Below, piece after piece: positions 1 to 7,079 of a DNA stretch of 34,525 nucleotides. This stretch comes from a virus. Taxonomy: Duplodnaviria > Caudoviricetes. Both the position numbers and the translations under genes were made by a program. Numbering within the stretch: position 1 is the stretch's first letter; the number at the start of each line of letters is the position of its first letter. The notes beneath the pieces were generated by a model that did no database searches, was not told where the DNA came from, and was given only the letters and a program-made list of their open reading frames with translations. The stretch lies in the IMG/VR virus record IMGVR_UViG_3300030095_005611, positions 1 to 34,525 of that record; one strand, 5' to 3'.

Positions 1-639
1 CAGAATCGAACCGCCAGGTTGTAAACGCTGACGAGGACCCGAGGTGTACCAGTCATAAGCACGCTCCATAGCAGTATCTGACATTGAGTCTTGCTCTGTG
101 TGAGGATCATCGATAATCAGTAAGTCCGCACCACGACCCGTGATGGACGAACCAACACCCGCCGCATAGTATTCACCACCTTGATTGGTTTCCCATCTAC
201 CTTTGGCTTTAGAATCCTCACGCAGTTTTACATCACCAAAGATTTGTTTGTACTCTGGTGAGTCAATAATGTTACGCACTTTAGCTCCGAAACGTGCTGC
301 TAGCTCCGTGTTATGCGACACCTGCATAATTTTTAATTTTGGATACTTACCAATAATCCAAGCAGGGTAGTAAACGGATGCAAACTCTGATTTGGTATGT
401 CTAGGAGGCATATTGATAATGAGCCTCCCTTTTCTTTGATCTGCAATATCGGTAAATTCTTTAGCAATAATTTGATGATGACCCCACTGACTTGGATCTT
501 TTGATTTTCTACAAATAAAATCTGGCCAGACTTCTTGCACAAAAGCTAAAAAATTATCCTGACAAAGCTTTACATGCTGTATCCAAAGCTTTTCTACTTC
601 GAGCCTCATTTGTTCTGTCGTCATTAGGTCTGTCTGCAT
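1..639 (-). CDS. terL: Terminase large subunit, N-terminal ATPase domain (runs off the window's left edge)
   Basis: Not in the ORF track; translated by hand from ATG at 639: MQTDLMTTEQ...RLIINMPPRHTKSEFAS (Walker A-like)...GGEYYAAGVGSSITGRGADLLIIDDPH (Walker B)...WYTSGPRQRLQPGGSIL. Frame is open to position 1. Confidence 0.95.
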   Translation of the reverse strand, partial: MQTDLMTTEQMRLEVEKLWIQHVKLCQDNFLAFVQEVWPDFICRKSKDPSQWGHHQIIAKEFTDIADQRKGRLIINMPPRHTKSEFASVYYPAWIIGKYPKLKIMQVSHNTELAARFGAKVRNIIDSPEYKQIFGDVKLREDSKAKGRWETNQGGEYYAAGVGSSITGRGADLLIIDDPHTEQDSMSDTAMERAYDWYTSGPRQRLQPGGSIL

Positions 640-847
640 AAACTAAGTATAACTACATCTAGAGTTTTTGCTAGTATGTGCATCTATGAAATAGGTTTTG
701 CTAGGCTTTTTTGCAAAAAGTCGTGGGCTTCAGCGTGGCAAATAAACAGTTTTGACAAAGCATCTCCAGTTCTTGAATGAGCCTTGTAAAAGCAACTGGT
801 ATAAAAAAAACTATAAATATATATATATGCAGATTAATTTTAGCATA

Positions 848-867
848 GCGTGGCGTGGCGTGGCGTG
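848..867. repeat. (GCGTG)x4 tandem pentamer
   Basis: gcgtggcgtggcgtggcgtg, directly adjacent to the terminator at 871-900. Confidence 0.9.
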
Positions 868-870
868 GAC

Positions 871-900
871 AAAAAAAATGCGACAATCCTTTGTCGCATT
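871..900 (-). terminator. Rho-independent terminator
   Basis: Minus strand AATGCGACAA-agga-TTGTCGCATT followed by a T run; lies downstream of ORF 928..1197. Confidence 0.85.
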
Positions 901-927
901 AAACTTGTAGCAAGTTTTATTTAGATA

Positions 928-1197
928 CTATTCATCATCTTGTATGTTATGTATATGTCTTATTAAAGGCTCACATACTGTAACGAATTGCTGTTTAAAC
1001 CATTCACTTTGATGCGTGTTAGGGTATTTTGTTAGCATATCAGCATAAAGACTATCTAATACAGTCGCATATATTCTATAGTCTACTATCTGATTAGTAT
1101 CAGCATTAACAGTCAAACTTACATCTTGATTAGTGTCATTTCTATCAAGTGTCTGATTAATATATCTAGCTAGATTAAACTCATTATCATTAGGCAT
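928..1197 (-). CDS. Hypothetical phage protein, 89 aa
   Basis: ORF coupled to the upstream gene by a TAATG overlap, G-rich SD, followed by a terminator. Confidence 0.75.
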   Translation of the reverse strand: MPNDNEFNLARYINQTLDRNDTNQDVSLTVNADTNQIVDYRIYATVLDSLYADMLTKYPNTHQSEWFKQQFVTVCEPLIRHIHNIQDDE

Positions 1198-1574
1198 TAC
1201 ACACCCCCTTTTACTGTTAATTCATTATAATGTGTATACCCTGTATGAGCATTTACAATTTCATCTAATGTTGCCTTATTGATTGAATACTCACTAGCAA
1301 TAAATTCAATTACTTTTTTGTAATCAACATTTTTTCTTTTTTGAGGTGTAACAAAAAGATTAACAGCTTGATTATCAACATTGATTGCTATTGTATTACC
1401 CTTTGATTTTTCAATAATAGCTAAAACATTTTTTCTGCTATCTTGCATTAATGCCTTATCACTATCAAATTGAGTTTTGAAAGATACGAAAGACTGTAAA
1501 TATTGTCTTTCACTTTTTTTAAGTAATGCAGTTTTAGTAACTACAAATTTTTGGTTAAGATTTTGTAAATTCAT
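1197..1574 (-). CDS. Hypothetical phage protein, ~125 aa
   Basis: Start moved to ATG 1574 (MNLQNL...), preceded by AGGAG; the ORF-track extension to 1649 covers the promoter. Confidence 0.75.
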   Translation of the reverse strand: MNLQNLNQKFVVTKTALLKKSERQYLQSFVSFKTQFDSDKALMQDSRKNVLAIIEKSKGNTIAINVDNQAVNLFVTPQKRKNVDYKKVIEFIASEYSINKATLDEIVNAHTGYTHYNELTVKGGV

Positions 1575-1617
1575 ATTTTTACTCCTATTGGTTATTAATA
1601 AAAAACTTACCCTTATA

Positions 1618-1645
1618 ATACTACTCCTATTATCTCCCATATCAA
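1618..1645 (-). promoter_or_regulatory. Sigma70-type promoter with ATGGGAGAT box in the spacer
   Basis: TTGATA-16 nt-TAGTAT on the minus strand upstream of 1574. Confidence 0.55.
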
Positions 1646-1689
1646 CCATTATTTACTATATAAGTGAAATTAATTTTTTAGAGACATAG

Positions 1690-1996
1690 CAGGAATTTCT
1701 CAGGCAGGAAGGTGGTTCCGTTTTTTTTTTATAAGACCTGCCTGATGCACAGCACGGCGGTGGGCGGGACGGGGAAACACAGCCATCTGCATAGATTCAC
1801 CATCTCAGGTTCGGAACTGGGGAACCAGCACAATTTTTATTGGTGGCGATCAAACCATTTGCGTAGCGGTGGCGGGGCGGGGAAGCATAGCCAAGTGCAC
1901 GGCTTCTTCAGTCTCAAGTTCAACCGGTTCGGAACCAGAACCCATCCTCTTTATTAATAGAGATTAAACCATTTGCGTAGCGGTGGCGGGGCGGGG
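1690..1996. repeat. GC-rich degenerate repeat lattice, block A (3 units, ~110 bp period)
   Basis: Exact 31-bp direct repeat aaaccatttgcgtagcggtggcggggcgggg at 1852-1882 and 1966-1996; ggttcggaac at 1808 and 1926; G-tracts ending at 1774, 1882 and 1996. Confidence 0.9.
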
Positions 1997-2009
1997 TGAG
2001 GTAGTAGAC

Positions 2010-2039
2010 AAAAAAAACCCCCGAGCCGAAGCTCAGGGG
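2010..2039 (-). terminator. Rho-independent terminator with C(UUCG)G tetraloop
   Basis: Minus strand CCCCTGAGC-TTCG-GCTCGGGGG-TTTTTTTT, downstream of 2132..2734. Confidence 0.92.
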
Positions 2040-2046
2040 AAAAGAA

Positions 2047-2122
2047 GGGTTGTGCTAACTTAACCAGTAACCAACCCACTCGAGACAGGGACGAAAGTCC
2101 CTAATGAAATCCATTTCAGTCC
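2047..2122 (-). ncRNA. Candidate structured RNA element in 3' UTR
   Basis: Three adjacent hairpins: UGAAA/UUUCA, AGGGAC-UUUC-GUCCCU and GGGUUG...CAACCC, between the stop codon and the terminator. Confidence 0.35.
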
Positions 2123-2131
2123 TAATTTACC

Positions 2132-2734
2132 TTAGCATATTTCAAAACCCCCTGACTGTCTACAAAAATCTGCAAAGTCTTTTACATTCTCAACAGAGAA
2201 AGGATAGCTGTCTGCCCACGACTTTTGGTTATAAAGTTGCTCCCAATGGAGATTATAATCTTCTGGATAGTCGGCAGGTGCAATATTCTCGTTACCTGTG
2301 ATTTGAATAACCTTTTCACGCAATGCTTTTAATTCTTTTTCTATCTTAGCATTATGCTCTTCAGCTTCTGCCATAGACTTTTCAACTATCATCTGATATT
2401 CAGCAGTATGCCCTTGCTTGATTAAAGCTTCTAAAGTGTCGGCTATTCTAATAGCTGTATCTTCATCAACTTGATGACCACTATTCTCATGCCAAAGGTG
2501 GTAGTCCTTTCCAGAAACTTCACCTGTGTTGTCAGCAATATATTGAGCTAACTTTCTCCACCACCAAACATTATTGCGAAAATACTCACCAACATTTTCA
2601 TCTTCATATTTTCGTTTTGCTTCAATATATGCTTCCTTTTCTTCTTGAGTAGTTTCCGCATCATCCCACTTAATCGTTGGCTTAACACTACCCTCTTTAA
2701 CTTTTGGATTTAATCCATATATATCAAAACCCAT
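2132..2734 (-). CDS. Conserved-type phage hypothetical protein (MGFDIYG...YFRNNVWWWR...GGFEIC), 200 aa
   Basis: Long ORF with GAGG SD, its own promoter and terminator. Confidence 0.9.
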   Translation of the reverse strand: MGFDIYGLNPKVKEGSVKPTIKWDDAETTQEEKEAYIEAKRKYEDENVGEYFRNNVWWWRKLAQYIADNTGEVSGKDYHLWHENSGHQVDEDTAIRIADTLEALIKQGHTAEYQMIVEKSMAEAEEHNAKIEKELKALREKVIQITGNENIAPADYPEDYNLHWEQLYNQKSWADSYPFSVENVKDFADFCRQSGGFEIC

Positions 2735-2768
2735 TGTTGCCTCTCTTTTTTAGTTAATATCATCTCCC

Positions 2769-2796
2769 ATATTAGCAAATAATAAGATATTTGCAA
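2769..2796 (-). promoter_or_regulatory. Sigma70-type promoter (extended -10) overlapping an ATGGGAGAT box
   Basis: TTGCAA-16 nt-TAATAT with TGn extension. Confidence 0.6.
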
Positions 2797-2879
2797 ATTT
2801 TTTAGCTCCTTATTTGCGATATTTCAATCTGCCCTATACTAGAGTACCACCAGGAATGATTGGAAAGATGACTTATGTG

Positions 2880-3556
2880 CCCCGTGTTTTCTGGTTCGGA
2901 ACCAGTTCCTTTTTTTATATAAGTAACAAGATCAGAAGGAGAGCGGACGGTGGGGCGGGACACGGGGATGGCGTCACCAGTTGGCCCACAGCATCGTGCC
3001 CCACAGGATGGCTAAGGTGGCATGCGGGTACCGAGCGGCGAAGCACAGAGCCAGGATCCCAAGTAAAAAAATGAAGGATATCATTAAGTTTCATCAGCCT
3101 CCTTTTGTTGATCAGGGCTCTAGTGTCCCATGTCTTCCCACACATGTCAACGCTTCAGACCATCTCAGGATCCAGCGAACCAGAAGGTTTATATATGTAA
3201 GCAAATGCCTCAGATCGTTGTTGGGGCGGGGCGGGACGCAACAGCTTCCCGACACGCTGAAGACGCAACTGGATCGGAACCAGCATGGAACCAGCCACTT
3301 TATATCTCAGATCGTTGTTGGGGCAGCGTTGTAACGGCGGGGCGGGGCAGAGCTTCTCAGGAACCTGGTTCGGATCCTGGCTGGATGGCCAGTGAGTTTT
3401 ATATGTCTTACGATCCTAGCGGGACGGGGCACGGCGGGACGGGGTAGGGCTTCAAGAGTGATGATGCACGCAGCGTGGATCCTGGGGATGGGATCCCAGG
3501 ACCAATAGATGGTATAAGTTATCCATGAATGGGCGGGACGGCGCGGCGCGGGACAG
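2880..3556. repeat. GC-rich degenerate repeat lattice, block B (at least 5 units)
   Basis: Palindrome ctggttc-g-gaaccag at 2891-2905 with variants at ~3167, 3269, 3366 and 3477; exact 19-bp repeat ctcagatcgttgttggggc at 3209-3227 and 3306-3324; G-tracts at ~2950, 3223, 3336, 3421 and 3531. Confidence 0.88.
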
Positions 3557-3868
3557 CGACTCAACGACTCCTGACGCACGGATCTCTAGAAGTTCCAGCT
3601 CGGTCTCCGAGGCATGTGCATTAAGAATACGGACAGTTCCACCAGCTTGTTGATAATTTAAATGCCAGTTAATTTGAAATTTAGACAACCCACAATTCTT
3701 AGTGTCTGTAGCTTTGAGTTCCAACCAAAATGATCTACCTTCAATACATCCAAAAACGTCAGGTATTCCGTTGATTGTAGCCGATTCTATACGAGTTAAA
3801 TGCCAGTCTTTACGACCTTTCTGAAGCTGGTTAATTTTTTTCCAAAGTTTAGACTCTTTAGTTGACAT
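3452..3868 (-). CDS. VRR-NUC / PD-(D/E)xK endonuclease (Holliday-junction-resolvase-like)
   Basis: KESKLWK...RIES...GIPDV...FWLELK...LSKFQINW...AGG is the typical VRR-NUC motif set. Confidence 0.85.
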   Translation of the reverse strand: MSTKESKLWKKINQLQKGRKDWHLTRIESATINGIPDVFGCIEGRSFWLELKATDTKNCGLSKFQINWHLNYQQAGGTVRILNAHASETELELLEIRASGVVESLSRAAPSRPFMDNLYHLLVLGSHPQDPRCVHHHS

Positions 3869-3913
3869 TTAGTCGGTATATCTTTTGAAGTTTATTTATT
3901 ATAGGATTATATC

Positions 3914-4231
3914 ATGGAACAGAAAATGGACAAATATGGGAATCTAACTATATCACTTTTTGATATTAACACTCAACAAGATTCAGATAAATTTATCTAT
4001 TATTATTTAAGTTTAGATAAAGATATTAAAAAAAGAATTGAAAATGCTTATTACAGAGCTTATACCAAAAAATTATTAGACAAAGAATATCCTGAAATAA
4101 TACACCATGAAGAAAACGGACTTACTCATATTGAAGTTCACCCACAAGATATTCTCTCTAATGTAGAAATAATTAAAAAGATATTAGCAGCAGAAAATAT
4201 TACAATTGTGGTTGAAGATGAAAACGAATAA
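3914..4231 (+). CDS. Hypothetical protein, 105 aa
   Basis: ORF with phage-like composition that overlaps the next plus-strand ORF. Confidence 0.7.
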   Translation: MEQKMDKYGNLTISLFDINTQQDSDKFIYYYLSLDKDIKKRIENAYYRAYTKKLLDKEYPEIIHHEENGLTHIEVHPQDILSNVEIIKKILAAENITIVVEDENE

Positions 4232-4475
4232 ACCAAATTTTTCACTTTATATTGTGGTCTGGAAAGATCACACTGGTAGCGCATCTTGGCAAAGTGTTGA
4301 AGAAATAACCAAAGAAAAATACATTTTAGCTTATAGCATCGGTTATCTCATTCATCAAGATAAAGAATGTGTAAAACTTTGTAATACTTATACATCAGAT
4401 GGTGGTTGGGGTGGTTTAGATTTAATATTAAAATCTTGTATTGTGGAAATGTACGAACTTGAAATACAAGACTAA
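4218..4475 (+). CDS. Small phage protein (VVWKD...W...SIGYL type)
   Basis: WxD-x5-W...SxGyl pattern common in small phage proteins; ATG 4218 preferred as start. Confidence 0.75.
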   Translation: MKTNKPNFSLYIVVWKDHTGSASWQSVEEITKEKYILAYSIGYLIHQDKECVKLCNTYTSDGGWGGLDLILKSCIVEMYELEIQD

Positions 4476-4966
4476 TCTTTACCTTGAACTATTATAGTAT
4501 TAGCTCCAATTTTATCCTCTAGTTCCTGAAGTCTTTTCTCTAATTGTTCTCTATTCATACCTTCAAGTGTATTGTGAGTTATCTCTTTTTTATCAACATA
4601 TTGTCCAGCTAATTGTCCGGATCTAAATTCAGCATTTATAGCAGCAGTATATTGTCCCTTTTTTTCACTACCATCTCTTAATCTTTCAAGTGTTTTATAT
4701 CTTCTTAACTTATCTTTTTCATAGACAGCTTGTTCCTCACTTAATCTTCTTTCTAGGAATCTACACACATGTGGATTTATTTCAGGATTTGTAAGTCTAC
4801 TACCTAACACCATAGCTGAGTTTTCGCTTTTTGAGCTGTATCCTGCTTTTATAACAGCATCTTTTTTTGAAATAACACCCCAGTCAGCAACTAACGCATT
4901 AACAAATGCGATCTGTTTTTCAGTCAAATCATCAAATGTTTTCATTGTTTTTGGTTTACTTGGCAC
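4472..4966 (-). CDS. terS: Terminase small subunit
   Basis: LTEKQIAFV...KDAVIKAGYS...GSRL.NP...PHV HTH pattern, C-terminal AAINAE..G..AG.Y; GTG start with AGGAGG SD. Confidence 0.8.
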   Translation of the reverse strand: MPSKPKTMKTFDDLTEKQIAFVNALVADWGVISKKDAVIKAGYSSKSENSAMVLGSRLTNPEINPHVCRFLERRLSEEQAVYEKDKLRRYKTLERLRDGSEKKGQYTAAINAEFRSGQLAGQYVDKKEITHNTLEGMNREQLEKRLQELEDKIGANTIIVQGKD

Positions 4967-4979
4967 CTATGCACCTCCT

Positions 4980-5151
4980 TACAAATAATATTTTAAATAA
5001 AATTTCCATAGTCGCCTCCTCTGTTTTCCATAGTTTTTAAGGAATATTCCTAGTAAGCTGTTGTCTATAACCCTATTAATACAATGTTTTCCATACTTTC
5101 CTTAATTCCTAGCTCTATACAAATAATATTTTTTATTTTTTTTGTATAGAG
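4980..5151. repeat. Iteron-like short-repeat cluster with inverted repeat
   Basis: TTCC(A/T)TA/TTCCTAG units at ~5003, 5024, 5047, 5087, 5098, 5106 and inverted at 5038; tacaaataatatttt at 4980-4994 and 5118-5132; ctctatacaaa/tttgtatagag inverted repeat at 5113-5151. Confidence 0.7.
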
Positions 5152-5155
5152 ATGC

Positions 5156-5788
5156 TTATGTGTAAATTATCTCTTTTTGCCTTTTCATCATTCCGGACAA
5201 TTGTTTATCATTAACATTATAAATTATAGCTTGAGTTATCAATTGTTTTATTAAACCTTTTTTATCATCAAAATACTCTGTATTTGGTTGTCGGAACTGA
5301 GCATACAAGTTGTGTAATTTTGTTTCAGTAATCTCTTCTGTCTCTGGTCGTACACCAATGAGCCGTACCCCTTTGACCGATAACACCTGGTCCTTGATCC
5401 GATGTACCCATTCCTTGCTCCTACCAATCTTTATGTACCCTTGTTCGTTTTCTAGGAAATATATGGTTGCCGGAGTTCTTTCCACCTCAAATAGATCCTC
5501 ATAACTTTTACCTTCTTTCACTAAAACATCACACTCCTGCACCCTGATTCGTGCTTCTTCAATCGTCATAATAGGCCAGTAACCTATGACTTTTGACTTA
5601 TGGACCCTATTGTAACCATAATCAAATACAAAACTATGTGTGCCTTTTTTAGACGCTGATACTAATAAATTTTTAACCAAAGCATCGCGTACATATATAT
5701 ACTTTACTTTTAAAAAATCAGGTTGCCAATTTTTTAAAAATTCTTCAGTAATTAACACAGTCAAATCTTTTGTAGTTTTCCGAACCAT
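5156..5788 (-). CDS. Fusion of integrase arm-type DNA-binding domain and GIY-YIG (T5orf172-like) domain
   Basis: N-half: ITEEFLKNWQP...VRDALVKNLLV...GTHSFVFDY...KVIGYWPIMTIEEAR...L.KEG. C-half: IYFL...YIKIGRS...RIK...ETKLH..YAQFR...EYF. Confidence 0.75.
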   Translation of the reverse strand: MVRKTTKDLTVLITEEFLKNWQPDFLKVKYIYVRDALVKNLLVSASKKGTHSFVFDYGYNRVHKSKVIGYWPIMTIEEARIRVQECDVLVKEGKSYEDLFEVERTPATIYFLENEQGYIKIGRSKEWVHRIKDQVLSVKGVRLIGVRPETEEITETKLHNLYAQFRQPNTEYFDDKKGLIKQLITQAIIYNVNDKQLSGMMKRQKEIIYT

Positions 5789-5808
5789 AACACGTTCTCC
5801 TTACTACT

Positions 5809-5837
5809 AAGCTACTTGAATAACCTAATAAAATCAA
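5809..5837 (-). promoter_or_regulatory. Possible sigma70 promoter for the arm-domain/GIY-YIG gene
   Basis: TTGATT-17 nt-TAGCTT followed by AAGGAG SD. Confidence 0.4.
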
Positions 5838-5894
5838 CAAGGTGCAAAATCAGTGTACTTTCATTCAAAATTAATTAAATAAAGATCCTGCACC

Positions 5895-6365
5895 CTATGC
5901 CAACACTGATAAAAAAACAGTGCTCACATATTCGGTAGATGTTGAAAAAACTTCTTCTCTCAGAGCATTGACTCTTTTCCTGGTCATCTTTTGTTTTTGT
6001 TTATCCGGTAAATCCTTCATACGATTATATAACTTATTATATTTTAACCACATCAACTGACGTTTGGTAAATCTTACATTCTTATCTTTTAACGCTTTAA
6101 CATAAGCTTCTTTAACTATTTCTGGCTCAAGTTCCGCGCAAATACATACATTGGTAAAATCATCACACATCGAAATGATCCAATTGTGTGCTGTTAATTT
6201 TTTAAGTGAGTTTTTACGATCCGAATGTTTAACAAAAGTATCTTCAAAAGCATTGAGGATAACACAGCGCCAAAGCTTTGCTTCAGGGGATAATTCATCC
6301 TGTTCTAATATGTTCCGAGCCAAGTTAATACCAATGGCTCTTAATAAATCAGTTGATGCTTTCAC
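5895..6365 (-). CDS. Conserved-type phage hypothetical protein, 156 aa
   Basis: PEAKLWRCVILNAFED...AHNW...DFTNVC..AEL.P pattern; stop/start overlap with the upstream gene. Confidence 0.8.
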   Translation of the reverse strand: MKASTDLLRAIGINLARNILEQDELSPEAKLWRCVILNAFEDTFVKHSDRKNSLKKLTAHNWIISMCDDFTNVCICAELEPEIVKEAYVKALKDKNVRFTKRQLMWLKYNKLYNRMKDLPDKQKQKMTRKRVNALREEVFSTSTEYVSTVFLSVLA

Positions 6366-6595
6366 TAGTGTCCGTATGCTCTTATCAAGTAACCTATAAT
6401 TTTTTCGTATACCTTGAGAACACTTTTATCACAGTTTATTTCTTTTTGAAAGTTATAATCTTGCACGACACCAGCAATGAACTCGTGTTTATCTTCACTT
6501 GACAGCTGATCTACATCTGCCAAAGAAAATCTAGCAAAATCCATATCTAGGATCTCTTCCCAACTTAAATCTACTTTTTCTAGTTTTATACCCAT
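6365..6595 (-). CDS. Hypothetical protein, 76 aa
   Basis: ORF in operon, preceded by a leaderless-type promoter. Confidence 0.75.
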   Translation of the reverse strand: MGIKLEKVDLSWEEILDMDFARFSLADVDQLSSEDKHEFIAGVVQDYNFQKEINCDKSVLKVYEKIIGYLIRAYGH

Positions 6596-6630
6596 ACTTT
6601 AATTGTATGGGTAAAATTACTTTCGGTCTA
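6589..6630 (-). promoter_or_regulatory. Leaderless-type promoter overlapped by a palindrome
   Basis: TAGACC-17 nt-TACAAT-6 nt-ATG(6595); palindrome tacccatac-N7-gtatgggta at 6589-6613. Confidence 0.55.
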
Positions 6631-6901
6631 TATCGTCTTTACCGCCCCTTAAAATTGTTAATTTTTGATTAATTACTTTTTTCAAAGGTTTTAAAGTTGT
6701 TCCAGGTTCTTTCAATCTATCTTTATATACCTGCTTTGCGTTTGCCTTGAAAGCAGCAACATCAGCGTAATCGGAACCATCATCGTAACCAAATTTATCA
6801 CCCATCAAAAGTTTAGCTAAAGTGTTGACAAAAACTAAATATTCTTTTTGATTTTTACTGGTGACACTTAAAAACATTAATAAATACTTTAGATCATTCA
6901 T
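6617..6901 (-). CDS. Hypothetical protein
   Basis: ORF in operon; start 6901 overlaps the upstream stop (upstream starts up to 6925 are possible). Confidence 0.7.
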   Translation of the reverse strand: MNDLKYLLMFLSVTSKNQKEYLVFVNTLAKLLMGDKFGYDDGSDYADVAAFKANAKQVYKDRLKEPGTTLKPLKKVINQKLTILRGGKDDIDRK

Positions 6902-7079
6902 TACAATCACCATGGGAACCCTCAAAAGTACGCGTCCAACCTACATGACCCGTACCTTCACAGTATTTACACACATTTAACAGTTTTTCATTATCTTCAT
7001 ACCTATCTATCTCCGGCGTATGATAACCATTGCCTCTGCACTCAGGGCAAAGTACAAACATTTTCTCTGGACTACTCAT
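6894..7079 (-). CDS. Small zinc-finger protein (DnaJ-type CxxCxGxG x2)
   Basis: CPECRGNG...CKYCEGTG. Confidence 0.8.
   Translation of the reverse strand: MSSPEKMFVLCPECRGNGYHTPEIDRYEDNEKLLNVCKYCEGTGHVGWTRTFEGSHGDCNE

Noticed and set aside
185-886. Short ORFs 185..370, 333..542 and 701..886 in the ORF track
   Set aside because: The first two are shadow or alternate frames of terL; the third is read through the GCGTG repeat and the terminator
1712-1957. 81-aa plus-strand ORF
   Set aside because: Lies wholly in repeat block A, has no SD, and its composition reflects the DNA motifs
3188-3236. Resemblance of lattice units to eukaryotic GC-box plus TATA promoters on the minus strand
   Set aside because: All surrounding genes, SD sites and sigma70 promoters are bacteriophage-type; treated as coincidental
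1690-3556. Repeat lattice as a CRISPR array
   Set aside because: Repeats are degenerate and tripartite, exact copies occur only in pairs, spacing is ~90-120 bp, and there is no cas operon
2814-3579. Five overlapping ORFs on both strands in the GC-rich block
   Set aside because: Stop-codon scarcity in GC-rich repeats explains them; Arg/Pro/Gly-rich translations are unlike the rest of the proteome
5156-5788. Integrase or integrase pseudogene
   Set aside because: No core-binding or catalytic tyrosine-recombinase domain, and the ORF continues intact into a different domain
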